Assembly (NCBI GenBank): GCA_964473845.1
Contig: CAYYQO010000004.1
Span: 1-41,688 of the forward strand
Direction: 5' to 3'
Length of the DNA stretch: 41,688 nt
DNA from: an uncultured Aeromicrobium sp.
GTDB taxonomy: Bacteria > Actinomycetota > Actinomycetes > Propionibacteriales > Nocardioidaceae
Of this stretch, positions 19,779-29,134 are shown in pieces. The translations under genes and the position numbers were made by a program. The stretch's first letter is position 1. Each line of letters starts with the position of its first letter. The notes under the pieces were generated by a model, which saw only the letters and a list, made by a program, of their open reading frames with translations, was not told the DNA's origin and searched no databases.

Positions 19779-20396
19779 ATGGCAGATACTCAGATCGCTC
19801 CCGCGCGCGCGGGTTCCGCGACCGTCCGACGCGCGACCGACGCCTTGCGGATGACAGGTCTCGCCATCGTGATCGAGATCGCCGAACCCGACAGCGCCAC
19901 GTACGAAGCGATCCAGGCGTTGGCCGGTGACTTCGCGTCGCTCGTGACCCGACTGACCCCGCATGCGACCGCACGTGTCGCCGAAGGCCCACGTCGCGCC
20001 GCGCCCTCCGGATCGGCGCGACCCGCGTCGCCGCCGTCCGGGCGAGCGCCCCGGGAACTGTTGATCGACTTCGCCGAGCAGCAGGTGCGGATCGACGGGC
20101 GGGCCATCGAACTGGCCCACAAGGAGTTCCAGGTGCTGGCACTGTTGGCCCTGCGCCCCTCGCGGGTCGTCAGCCGTGAGGAACTCATGGGAGCCATCTG
20201 GCGCAAGAGCGACGAACAACCCGCACCGCGGACCGTCGACGTGTACATCCAGCGCATCCGCACGAAGCTCGGTGCCCACCGTCGGGCCATCGTCACGGTG
20301 CGGGGCAGCGGGTACCGATTCCACGCCGGCCCCCACGTGAAACTCCATGGAGTGGAGCAACTTTTCGCCGGGTCCGAGCACCCAGCGGATTTGTGA
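19779..20396 (+). CDS. OmpR/PhoB-type winged-helix transcriptional regulator without a recognisable receiver domain
   Basis: C-terminal IDGRAIELAHKEFQVLALL..PSRVVSREELM..IW...RTVDVYIQRIRTKLG...IVTVRGSGYRF. The N-terminus is not REC-like. Start uncertain (19731-19779). Confidence 0.85.
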   Translation: MADTQIAPARAGSATVRRATDALRMTGLAIVIEIAEPDSATYEAIQALAGDFASLVTRLTPHATARVAEGPRRAAPSGSARPASPPSGRAPRELLIDFAEQQVRIDGRAIELAHKEFQVLALLALRPSRVVSREELMGAIWRKSDEQPAPRTVDVYIQRIRTKLGAHRRAIVTVRGSGYRFHAGPHVKLHGVEQLFAGSEHPADL

Positions 20397-20456
20397 CGTC
20401 GACAGCACGACACAAACGTCACATTGCCGATGGCCATCCTTGCGGGTCGTTAGACA
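20392..20456 (+). promoter_or_regulatory. Island boxes plus promoter for the substrate-binding protein
   Basis: TGTGACG (20392), CGACACA (20408) and CGTCACA (20417-20423), then 27 nt, then TAGACA (20451). Confidence 0.72.
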
Positions 20457-20528
20457 TGGGTCCGCCACCAGCGGTGGTGGCCGGGTCCACCCGATCCACG
20501 TTCCCCCACACTCAAGGAAGACACCACC

Positions 20529-22115
20529 ATGAAGTTCACCAAGCGTCTCGCCACCGGTGCTCTCGTCGCGGCCCTGGCGCTCAGCGGCTGCAGCGGGGGC
20601 GAGGACTCCCAGGCGACGGACGAGCTCACGTTCGGCATCGCCCAGCTCCAGAACACGTGGCAGCAACAGCTCTCCACCGACTGGCACACGTCACAGGTCT
20701 GGACCCAATTGGTCGAGACGCTCGTGTACGTCGATGACGCGGGCGAGGTCCATCCGTGGCTCGCGAAGTCGTGGGAGCAGGCGCCCGACGGCAAGTCGCT
20801 GACCATCACGGTGCGCGACGGCGTCACGTTCTCGGACGGCGAGAAGCTCGACGCCGCGGCCTTGGCGAAGAACATCGAGTTCCTGTTCACCGGCGACGAG
20901 AAGCGTGGCATCACCCCGGTCGGGCTCTTCCCGACCGATGCCTTCGATCACGTCGACGTGGTCGACGACTCGACCGTCGAGCTCGTCCTCAAGCGCCCGC
21001 AGGCCAACATCATCGGGCTGTTCAGCCTCGTGCCGACCGGGATCGTGTCGCCCAAGACCATCGATCTGTCGCTGGAGGAGCAGAACAAGCTCGAGAACCT
21101 CGCTGCGACCGGCGCGTACGTCTTCGACTCCGAGGTCCCGAACAAGGAAGTCGTGCTCACCGCGCGCGAGGACTGGAATTGGCCGTACGAGGGCGCCAAG
21201 CACGACGAGGCGCAAATCAAGAAGATCCGCTTCACGGTGATCAGCGACAACAACGTGCGCCAGGGCGCGCTGACATCGGGCCAGGCCGACCTGATCCAGT
21301 ACGTCCAGCCCACCGAGGAGGAGCGCCTCGAGGAAGAGGGCTTCACCGTCAACCGGATCAAGTACTTCGGTGCCGACTACGCGCTGCAGCTCCGCAAGAC
21401 GGCCTGGGGCACGCGGGAGAAGGCCGTGCGTCAGGCCATCCAGCACGGTATCGACCGACAGGAGCTGCTCGACACGCTCTACAACGACGGCTGGGAGAAG
21501 TCGGTGTCGATCTTCAACGGCAACGTCTTCGGTGTCGTCGACCTGAGCCAGGACTTCGCCTACGACCCCGACGAGTCCAACCGTCTGCTCGACGAAGCCG
21601 GCTGGACCGAGCGCAACAGCGAAGGCGTTCGCGTCAAGGACGGCAAGCCGCTCGTGCTGTCGGTCTACCCGTCGGTCTACATCACGACGTCGAAGCCGGA
21701 ACTGCAGCTCATCGCACAGCAGTTGGGCAAGATCGGCATCAAGGTCGAGATCAAGGGAACCGACTTCGCCACGTACAACACGCAGGCGAACCAGGACAGC
21801 GTGCCGTGGTTCGAGATCCACTGGACCTTCGGCGATCCGGGCGCTGCTCGTGGCTGGTGGTCGAAGAACGGACAGAACCAGTTCCGGGCCGAGGATCCGA
21901 AGCTCGAGGAACTGCTGGAGAAGTCGAACACGGTCGTCGAGGACGATGCGCGCAAGCAGGTCCTGGCGGATCTGCAGAAGCACATCATCGACGAGGCGTA
22001 CCTGATCCCGCTGCATGACATCTACCAGACCTTCGGTGCCCGTCCGGGCCTGGAGAACTGGAACTTCACGAGCGTGGGCCGCGTGCTCGTCTCGCAGATC
22101 GAAGTCACCGACTGA
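20529..22115 (+). CDS. ABC transporter substrate-binding lipoprotein, family 5 (DppA/OppA-like)
   Basis: Lipobox LSGC, PWLAKSW, RDGVTFSDG, VRQAIQHGIDRQ and YDPDESNRLLDEAGW motifs. AAGGA RBS. Confidence 0.93.
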   Translation: MKFTKRLATGALVAALALSGCSGGEDSQATDELTFGIAQLQNTWQQQLSTDWHTSQVWTQLVETLVYVDDAGEVHPWLAKSWEQAPDGKSLTITVRDGVTFSDGEKLDAAALAKNIEFLFTGDEKRGITPVGLFPTDAFDHVDVVDDSTVELVLKRPQANIIGLFSLVPTGIVSPKTIDLSLEEQNKLENLAATGAYVFDSEVPNKEVVLTAREDWNWPYEGAKHDEAQIKKIRFTVISDNNVRQGALTSGQADLIQYVQPTEEERLEEEGFTVNRIKYFGADYALQLRKTAWGTREKAVRQAIQHGIDRQELLDTLYNDGWEKSVSIFNGNVFGVVDLSQDFAYDPDESNRLLDEAGWTERNSEGVRVKDGKPLVLSVYPSVYITTSKPELQLIAQQLGKIGIKVEIKGTDFATYNTQANQDSVPWFEIHWTFGDPGAARGWWSKNGQNQFRAEDPKLEELLEKSNTVVEDDARKQVLADLQKHIIDEAYLIPLHDIYQTFGARPGLENWNFTSVGRVLVSQIEVTD

Positions 22116-22125
22116 CCCGTGACGC

Positions 22126-22166
22126 ACGGCGGCCCCTCCCCGGTCGGGGAGGGGCCGCCGTTCTTG
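22126..22166. terminator. Intrinsic, probably bidirectional terminator
   Basis: Perfect 16-bp stem ACGGCGGCCCCTCCCC-ggtc-GGGGAGGGGCCGCCGT followed by TCTT, between convergent genes. Confidence 0.85.
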
Positions 22167-22182
22167 TCGTGCAGGTGGCTTC

Positions 22183-23463
22183 TCAGGCAGCGTTGCTGGG
22201 GCTGCCCGCGCGCGGGATCGACCACCGGTCGCGCAAGGTGACCTCGTCGTACTCGTGCCGGAACAGGCCGCGCTGGCGCAGGATCGGCACGACGTGATCG
22301 ACGAAGGCGTCCAGTCCGTCGGGCAGGACGTCGGGCATGACGTTGAAACCGTCTGCGGCCCCGGCCCTGAACCATTCCTCGATCGTGTCGGCGACGTCCT
22401 CGGGCGTGCCCACGATGCGACGGTGGCCGCCACTGCCGAACTCGGCCAGGGCCTCGCGCAGGGTGAAGGGTCGCTGCCGGAGCGCCCGTACGAGCGACTC
22501 GCGAAAGCCCAGCGAGAACGTGAAGCCCTGGACATCGGCCAGGTCGCCGTATGCCTCGGCCGGCAGCGGGTCATCGAGGGCGTGACCGCTCAGGTCGAAA
22601 CCGAGCGTCTCACTCAGGCGCTGACGTTCGTGATCGCCCGGCAGCAGTGACCGCAGCCGGTCCAGTCGTCGAGCGGCTTCGTCGTGCGTGCTGCCGATCA
22701 CCGTGACCAGGCCGGGCAGGATCGCGACGCTGGAACGATCACGTCCGTGCGCGACGGCTGCGTCCTTGACCAGGTCGAGGTGCTCGATGCCCGCGCGCAG
22801 GGTCAGCTCGGCGGAGAAGACACCGTCGGCGGTGCGTCCCGCGAGTGTTCGTCCTTGCGGTGATCCGCCGGCCTGCACGATGAGCGGGTGCGACTGGGGT
22901 GAACCGCCATGGGGCAGGCGACCGTCCACGGTGAAGAACTCGCCTCGTCGGCTGACCGTGCCGCCCTCCGCGGCCGCCTGCCACAGCGCGACGACCGTGT
23001 CGACGAACTCGTCGGCCCGTCGGTACCGGGTCTGCCGGTCCGGGTGGTTGGTCAGCCCGAAACTCTCGGCAGCTGACGGCGAGAACGACGTGACCGCGTT
23101 CCACGCGGCCCGGCCACCGCTGAGGTGGTCGAGGGCCAGGAAGCGCTCGGCCAGTTCGACCGGGTCGTTGTAGGTCGTCGACAGGGTTCCGATGAGCCCG
23201 AGATGGGTCGTCGCCTCGGCGACGGCCGCGAGGATCACGGTCGGCTCGAGCGCGCGGGTGCCGCGGAAGCGCGGATCGTGCGGGTGCGACGGGGTGTCCG
23301 CGAGGAAGAAGGCGTCGAGAGTTCCCCGTTCTGCGGTGCGGGCGATGTCGACGTAGTGGTCGACGTCGGTGACCGTCGACGGGGGAAGACCGGAGAAGTC
23401 ACGCGCGGACACCGCCTGACCGAAGTCGAGGACATTGACGTTGAGGATCACGTGCTGGGTCAT
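22183..23463 (-). CDS. LLM4: NtaA-family monooxygenase (short-loop type)
   Basis: AFFLAD, LDHLSGGRAAWNAVTS, SPQSHPLIVQAGGS and ADGFNVMPD motifs. Confidence 0.9.
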   Translation of the reverse strand: MTQHVILNVNVLDFGQAVSARDFSGLPPSTVTDVDHYVDIARTAERGTLDAFFLADTPSHPHDPRFRGTRALEPTVILAAVAEATTHLGLIGTLSTTYNDPVELAERFLALDHLSGGRAAWNAVTSFSPSAAESFGLTNHPDRQTRYRRADEFVDTVVALWQAAAEGGTVSRRGEFFTVDGRLPHGGSPQSHPLIVQAGGSPQGRTLAGRTADGVFSAELTLRAGIEHLDLVKDAAVAHGRDRSSVAILPGLVTVIGSTHDEAARRLDRLRSLLPGDHERQRLSETLGFDLSGHALDDPLPAEAYGDLADVQGFTFSLGFRESLVRALRQRPFTLREALAEFGSGGHRRIVGTPEDVADTIEEWFRAGAADGFNVMPDVLPDGLDAFVDHVVPILRQRGLFRHEYDEVTLRDRWSIPRAGSPSNAA

Positions 23464-24440
23464 GAAGGCACCTTTGCGAGCGCAGGGAAGGCAGTCGGGT
23501 TCTGGGACAGATCGGGCTCGAGACGGCGGGGGACACCCAGCCGGTCACGGAGCGTGGTGGGCGGGCGGCTCACGTCGACCGGTCGCCACGCCTGCGAGGG
23601 CAGGACGGCGAGCTCGTCGAGGCGACCGGTCAGGCTGCCGCTCGTGGCGTCCAGGACCAGACCCGACACGAACGGTTCACGGCTCCATCGATCGATCAGT
23701 GCGGCCACCGGGGCGTCACCGGCTCGCACGTGGATGAGCGGGACGTCGCCGCCCGGTCCGCGCGAACGGTACGCCTCGAGCACGGCGCCCAGGTCACGTT
23801 CCTCGACGATCACGACGTCGGCGGACTCGAGCGCCGGCGCGACTTCCTGTGCCGTCGCCAGCGCCCAGATCACCAGCGGCTCGCCCTGCGGAGTCGTGGG
23901 CACCGTGAGCGGGCCCCGTGTGCTGAAGACACCGACGTGATCGGCGTACGGGATGTCGATCGTGTGCGCCACGTCCGGGTCGTCATCGAGCGTGCTGGCG
24001 GGCCAGCTGCGCCACAGTCGTCGCACGGCTGTGACGGCATCGGCGGTCGCGGTGGCGTCGAGGGGAGCATCGGCCCAGGCGCTTGCTCCCTCGAGACCCA
24101 GCGAGGTGGAGGAGTCGTGCCCGGCCGTCAGCCAGGCGGCGCGGCCCTGACTGACATGGTCGAGCGACGCGACGCGCCGAGCGATGTTGTACGGATGGTC
24201 CCGCTGGGGCGACGCCAGCACCGCGATGCCGACGTGCCGGGTGCGGCGGGCCAGGAAGGTGCCGGCGATCGTCGGGCTGGGCGAGACCGGTGCGGCGGCC
24301 GTCGTGCGGTCCAGCCCCAGGACAACGTGGCTCACCCCGCTGCGGTCGAGTCGGTCCGCCAGGTCTCGGGCTGATCCGTCGGGTCCGATCAGCTGGCCGA
24401 CGTCGTCCAGGGCGATGCCGACGGACAGGTCGTGGGGCAT
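23460..24440 (-). CDS. Degenerate short luciferase-like protein A (partner of LLM4)
   Basis: DHPYNIARRVASLDHVSQGR, LWRSWP, GPLTVPTTPQGEP and TTLRDRLG are retained. FLAD, WN and QAG are lost. The stop overlaps the LLM4 start. Confidence 0.8.
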   Translation of the reverse strand: MPHDLSVGIALDDVGQLIGPDGSARDLADRLDRSGVSHVVLGLDRTTAAAPVSPSPTIAGTFLARRTRHVGIAVLASPQRDHPYNIARRVASLDHVSQGRAAWLTAGHDSSTSLGLEGASAWADAPLDATATADAVTAVRRLWRSWPASTLDDDPDVAHTIDIPYADHVGVFSTRGPLTVPTTPQGEPLVIWALATAQEVAPALESADVVIVEERDLGAVLEAYRSRGPGGDVPLIHVRAGDAPVAALIDRWSREPFVSGLVLDATSGSLTGRLDELAVLPSQAWRPVDVSRPPTTLRDRLGVPRRLEPDLSQNPTAFPALAKVPS

Positions 24441-24466
24441 GGAGAACTCCTCCTTCTCGGGTCTGC

Positions 24467-24564
24467 AACGTAGGCAAACGCGCTTTCCGGCCCCGCGGAT
24501 GTGACGTCACAAAGCGAGAGACGACGACACATTCGACGGGCGGACCCTCGGCGATGCGTAGAAC
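24467..24564. promoter_or_regulatory. Divergent island promoters around the palindrome TGTGACGTCACA
   Basis: Palindrome at 24500-24511. Minus strand: box - 27 nt - TACGTT (24472-24467). Plus strand: CGACACA (24525-24531) - 27 nt - TAGAAC (24559). Confidence 0.78.
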
Positions 24565-24628
24565 TTCCGTCATGCCCGCCACCACCGAGCCTCGTCCCCG
24601 CGCGAGAGCCAGAGCCCGGAGGAGTCCC

Positions 24629-25591
24629 GTGATCCCAGATGTGCTCAACCGCCCGTTCGCGCGGTACACCCTCGCGCGGGTCGGTCAGGCCCTGCTGACG
24701 ATCCTGCTGGTCTACGTGGTCGTGTTCGTCGTCCTGACCGTCCTGCCGGGCGATCCGATCTCGCTGCGGTTGAGCGATCCGCAGAGCGGGTTCACCCCCG
24801 AGCAGATCGCCACGGTCACGGCCTACTACGGCCTCAACAAGCCCTTCCTGGTGCAGCTGGGCGACCGGCTGTACGGCCTGCTCTCCTGGGACTGGGGACT
24901 CTCACTCACCGACAGCCGCCCGGTGTGGGAAGTCATCTCGACGTCGCTGCCCTCGACCTTGCAGCTCGCGTCCTTCGCGTTCGTGCTGTCGCTGGTCATC
25001 GCGACGTTCGTCGTGCTCGGCAGCAGGTACGCCCCGTGGGCCGCTCTCCGAGGAGCCTTCCGTGCTTTCCCGTCGCTGTTCATGTCGTTCCCGAACTTCC
25101 TGCTCGGCCTCATCTTCATCCAGATCTTCGCGTTTCAGCTGGGTCTGTTCCACGTCACGGACCCGCAGAGCTTCCAGGCGCTGCTGTTCCCCGCGATCAG
25201 TCTGGCCATTCCGGTCTCGGCGCCGGTCGCCCAGGTGCTCAATACCGGACTGGACCAGTCCTCCCAGCAGCCGTATGCCGTGGTCGCCCTGTCGAAGGGA
25301 CTGTCGGAACCGAAGATCCTGACTCGTCACCTGCTCAAGCCGGCCTCGCTGCCGGTGCTGACGATCATCGGGATCATCGCCGGCGATCTGCTGGCGGGCT
25401 CCGTGCTGACCGAGTACGTCTACGGCCGCGACGGGATCGGTTCGCTCGTCCAGCGCAGCGCGATCGACCAGGACGTACCGCTGCTGCAGGCGATCGTCGT
25501 GTTGGCGGCGACCGTCTTCATCTTCATCAACCTAGCGGTGGATCTGCTGTACCAAGTGCTGGATCCTCGCGTGAAGCTCCAGGCCCGGTGA
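24629..25591 (+). CDS. ABC transporter permease (DppB-like)
   Basis: LPGDP, YYGLNKP, LPSTLQL, AGSVLTEYVYGRDGIG and NLAVDLLYQVLDPR motifs. GGAGGAG RBS before GTG 24629; alternative in-frame ATG at 24572. Confidence 0.9.
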   Translation: MIPDVLNRPFARYTLARVGQALLTILLVYVVVFVVLTVLPGDPISLRLSDPQSGFTPEQIATVTAYYGLNKPFLVQLGDRLYGLLSWDWGLSLTDSRPVWEVISTSLPSTLQLASFAFVLSLVIATFVVLGSRYAPWAALRGAFRAFPSLFMSFPNFLLGLIFIQIFAFQLGLFHVTDPQSFQALLFPAISLAIPVSAPVAQVLNTGLDQSSQQPYAVVALSKGLSEPKILTRHLLKPASLPVLTIIGIIAGDLLAGSVLTEYVYGRDGIGSLVQRSAIDQDVPLLQAIVVLAATVFIFINLAVDLLYQVLDPRVKLQAR

Positions 25592-25598
25592 TCGGCAC

Positions 25599-26474
25599 AT
25601 GACCACGGAAGTCGTCCTCGAGACCGAGAGCGTCATCGACGCCCCTGACACCGCCGGCGCACCCCGCGGGGCCCGACGCCGACCGAGTACCCACTGGCCC
25701 ACCGCCCTGGCCGCGCTGGCACTGCTGATCCTGGCGACCTGGGCCCTGTTCCCGGACTGGTGGTCCAGCCACGACTCGGCGGAGGGGATCCCGAGCGAGA
25801 AATTCCTCGGACCCTCGGCCACGCACTGGTTCGGGACCGACTTCCTGGGCCGTGACGTCTTCAGCCGTGTGGTGCACGGCACCAACAGTTCCCTCGTCGC
25901 GGCGTTGATCTCGGTGTCAATCGCGGTGTTGATCGGCGTGGCCCTCGGTCTCGCATCGGCCCTCGGGCCGCGTTGGGCCGACACCGTGATCGGTCGGCTC
26001 GCCGACGTGCTCTTCGCGATCCCGGGATTCCTGCTCGCACTGATCATCGTGACGTCGCTCGGATTCTCGACCCGCAACGCCGCGATCGCGGTGGGCATCG
26101 CCTCGATCCCCCTGTTCGTGCGTCAGACCCGGTCCGAGGTACTCAAGGTGAAGAACCTGAGTTTCATCGAGTCGTCCTACCTCATCGGTGGGTCCCAGGT
26201 GGCGATCGTCGGGCGTCACATCCTGCCCAACATCTACCGGGGCATCCTCGCCCTGATGGTGATCAACTTCGGTTCCGCCCTCATCAACATCGCTGGCCTG
26301 GCATTCCTCGGATACGCCGACCCGCCGCCCGCAGCCGACTGGGGCGTGCTGCTGGCCGAGGGCCGGGAGTACATCTCGCTCGCGCCGTGGATCGTCTACT
26401 TCCCGGGCCTGGCGATCGTGCTGTCGGTCCTGTCCATCAACCAAGTGAGCAAACTGATCGGAGGTCGTCGCTGA
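25599..26474 (+). CDS. ABC transporter permease (DppC-like)
   Basis: HWFGTDFLGRDVFSRVVHG, RHILPN, LAFLGY..PP.ADWG and APW motifs. Confidence 0.92.
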   Translation: MTTEVVLETESVIDAPDTAGAPRGARRRPSTHWPTALAALALLILATWALFPDWWSSHDSAEGIPSEKFLGPSATHWFGTDFLGRDVFSRVVHGTNSSLVAALISVSIAVLIGVALGLASALGPRWADTVIGRLADVLFAIPGFLLALIIVTSLGFSTRNAAIAVGIASIPLFVRQTRSEVLKVKNLSFIESSYLIGGSQVAIVGRHILPNIYRGILALMVINFGSALINIAGLAFLGYADPPPAADWGVLLAEGREYISLAPWIVYFPGLAIVLSVLSINQVSKLIGGRR

Positions 26475-28135
26475 TGACCGAGGTAATCGAACAAGTCGCG
26501 CCCGCACCGACTCGCGCCCGCGCATCGGGTGATCCGCACGCGCCGTTGCTGGACGTGCAGGACCTCTCGGTGCGGTTCCGCGGTCCCGAGCGCGGCGAAT
26601 GGGTCGACGCGGTGAAGAACGTCTCGTTCTCGCTCGAGGCCGGCCGGTCGTTGGCGGTCGTCGGCGAATCGGGTTCGGGCAAGTCGACCATCATCAACTC
26701 GGTCCTGCGCCTGTTGGGACACACGTCAGCCCAGATCGACGGAGCCGTCGAACTGGACGGGCGTGAGATCACGGCGCTGAGCAACCGCGAGTTCCGGCGG
26801 CTGCGCGGCGGCACGATCGGCTTCATCCCGCAGGACCCGACCAGTTCGCTCAACCCGGTGCGGACCATCGGCGTGCAGTTGGCCGAGTCGATCTCGCTGG
26901 CACCCGAGTACGCGAAACTGTCCCGGGCCGACCGTCGCGAACTCGCGATCGCGACGCTCGAACGAGTGGGCGTTCCACGCCCGGCCGAGACGCTCAAGCT
27001 GTACCCGTTCGAACTGTCGGGCGGTCTGCTGCAACGGGTTCTGATCGCCGCGGCGATCGTGCGCAAGCCGGTGCTGCTCGTGGGGGACGAGCCCACCTCG
27101 AATCTGGACGTGACGATCCAGAAGCGCATCCTGGACCTCCTCGACGACATCCGGCGCGAGGAGAACATCGGCCTGCTGCTCATCACGCACGACTTGGCCC
27201 TCGCCAGTCACCGCGCGGATGACGTCGTGATCCTCAACCGCGGAGAGGTGCAGGAGTACGGGCCCGCGCGCCAGGTGTTGTCGACTCCCTCCTCTGCCTA
27301 TGCGAAGAAGCTCTTCGCGGACATCCCGGCGTACTCCTTGACCAAGTACGACCAGATCAAGGCCGAGCACACCTCGACCGAGACGGCGCTGCGCCTCGAG
27401 GGCATCTCGAAGACCTTCGGTCAGGGCGACGCCACGAACCACGCGCTGGACTCGATCTCCTTCGACCTGGCCAAGGGCCGGACGCATGCACTGGTGGGTG
27501 AGTCCGGATCGGGCAAGTCGACGACCGCTCGCATCATCCTCGGTCTCGAACGACCCGACGCGGGCACGATCGAGGTCAACGGCGAGCCGGTGGACCTGGA
27601 CGACCGCCGGTCGCTCGCCCGTCTGCGCCGCAGCATCCAGTTCGTCTACCAGAATCCCTTCCTGTCACTCGACCCGCAGTTCTCGGTGTCGCAGATCGTC
27701 GAGGAGCCGATCAAGAACTTCGCCGATCTTGGATCGAAGGAGCGTCGCGCACGCGTGCGTGAACTGCTCGATCACGTGCACCTGTCCCAGCGGCAGGCGA
27801 CGTCGCCGATCACGGAGCTGTCCGGTGGGCAACGTCAGCGCGTCGCGATCGCCCGGGCCCTGGCCGTGCTGCCCGAGGTCATCGTGCTCGACGAGCCGAC
27901 GTCGGCGCTGGATGTCAGCATTCAGGCTCAGATCATCGATCTGCTTGTTGAGATCCAGCGCGAGTCGCACGTCAGCTACCTGTTCATCTCGCACGACCTG
28001 AGCGTTGTCCGGCAGTTCGCGGACACCGTGACGGTGCTGCAGGGCGGACACACGCGCGAGCAGGGCGACATCGCGGACATCTTCGACCGGCCCCGTGACG
28101 CCTACACGACCGAGCTGCTGGCGGCGATCCCGTGA
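26474..28135 (+). CDS. ABC transporter ATP-binding protein with two ATPase domains (DppD/F fusion)
   Basis: Two GESGSGKS Walker A motifs, LSGG signatures and DEPTS Walker B motifs. Confidence 0.95.
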   Translation: MTEVIEQVAPAPTRARASGDPHAPLLDVQDLSVRFRGPERGEWVDAVKNVSFSLEAGRSLAVVGESGSGKSTIINSVLRLLGHTSAQIDGAVELDGREITALSNREFRRLRGGTIGFIPQDPTSSLNPVRTIGVQLAESISLAPEYAKLSRADRRELAIATLERVGVPRPAETLKLYPFELSGGLLQRVLIAAAIVRKPVLLVGDEPTSNLDVTIQKRILDLLDDIRREENIGLLLITHDLALASHRADDVVILNRGEVQEYGPARQVLSTPSSAYAKKLFADIPAYSLTKYDQIKAEHTSTETALRLEGISKTFGQGDATNHALDSISFDLAKGRTHALVGESGSGKSTTARIILGLERPDAGTIEVNGEPVDLDDRRSLARLRRSIQFVYQNPFLSLDPQFSVSQIVEEPIKNFADLGSKERRARVRELLDHVHLSQRQATSPITELSGGQRQRVAIARALAVLPEVIVLDEPTSALDVSIQAQIIDLLVEIQRESHVSYLFISHDLSVVRQFADTVTVLQGGHTREQGDIADIFDRPRDAYTTELLAAIP

Positions 28136-29106
28136 CCGGCGACGCGCGGCCGTTCCTCGTCGCCCTGTCCGTTCCGCAACGTTCTGTGACGGACCTGCTG
28201 CATGACCCCGAAGCGGTCCGGCGTCTCGATGCCGCCGATCTGGCCTTCGTCGTGTTCGGCTACGGCAAGTTCGATCCGCAGCCGACAGATCACGCACCGG
28301 TGTTCGATCCCTCGACGGTGGTGTCGTTCCTCGCCCGGAACCTCGTCGGCACCGGATTGCTGCAGGCGTACGCACCGCACCGTGACCACCCGTACAACAT
28401 CGCCCGCCGGGTCGCCTCGGCCGACCAGATCACCCACGGCCGCGGCGGGATCGTGATCGGCTTCGCTGACCACACCGTCGGCGACCCGAACCGCGACGGT
28501 GCGGCGTGGGACCTCGGTCGCTCGGTCGGGTTGGATCCTGCGACGGTCGCGGAGGCCACCGAGGTGCTGACCAAGTTGTGGCAGAGCTGGCCGGTCGACG
28601 CGATCATCGCCGATCGGGCCTCGAAGCGCTACGTCGACACATCGGTGATTCGCGCGCTGGACCACGATGCCCGGTACCGGGTGGACGGGGCGCTGACGAC
28701 ACCGTCGTCGGAGCAAGGACTCCCGGTGATCGCGGCCCGCGTCGAGAACGCGGCCGAACTGCAGGCACTGGGAGGTCGAACGGACCTGCTCATCGATGCC
28801 TCGCGGCACGGAGACCTGGAGATCGCCGCGGTGGATACGCAGGCGCGACGCCTCCGGCAGGTGCGGTTCGACGGTGACGCCACCGCCCTGGCCGCGGCCG
28901 TCGACCAGGCGCGGTCCGCCGGCGCGGACGGTGTCCTGGTCATCGCCGCGGAGCACGTGGACCTCGATGCGCTGCTGAGCGGCATCGACGCAGCAGGTCT
29001 GCGCAGTGAGCATCAGCGCACAGCCCTGCTGAGGCAGGCGTTGGGTCTGGCCGATCGCGACGATCTGCTCGCGGACGCGCGGCCCGCCTTCGCCGCAGCC
29101 GAGTGA
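28132..29106 (+). CDS. Degenerate short luciferase-like protein B (partner of LLM5)
   Basis: DHPYNIARRVASADQITHGR, LWQSWPVDAIIAD, GALTTPSSEQGLP and LRQALGL are retained. FLAD, WN and QAG are absent. Confidence 0.8.
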   Translation: MTGDARPFLVALSVPQRSVTDLLHDPEAVRRLDAADLAFVVFGYGKFDPQPTDHAPVFDPSTVVSFLARNLVGTGLLQAYAPHRDHPYNIARRVASADQITHGRGGIVIGFADHTVGDPNRDGAAWDLGRSVGLDPATVAEATEVLTKLWQSWPVDAIIADRASKRYVDTSVIRALDHDARYRVDGALTTPSSEQGLPVIAARVENAAELQALGGRTDLLIDASRHGDLEIAAVDTQARRLRQVRFDGDATALAAAVDQARSAGADGVLVIAAEHVDLDALLSGIDAAGLRSEHQRTALLRQALGLADRDDLLADARPAFAAAE

Positions 29107-29134
29107 GTACCTCCGTTTCCTGAAAGGAACCCCC

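Noticed and set aside
23460..29106. Short LLM-like genes as pseudogenes
   Set aside because: Both are uninterrupted, similar in length, share motifs, are coupled to neighbouring genes and are sulfur-spared, which implies selection.
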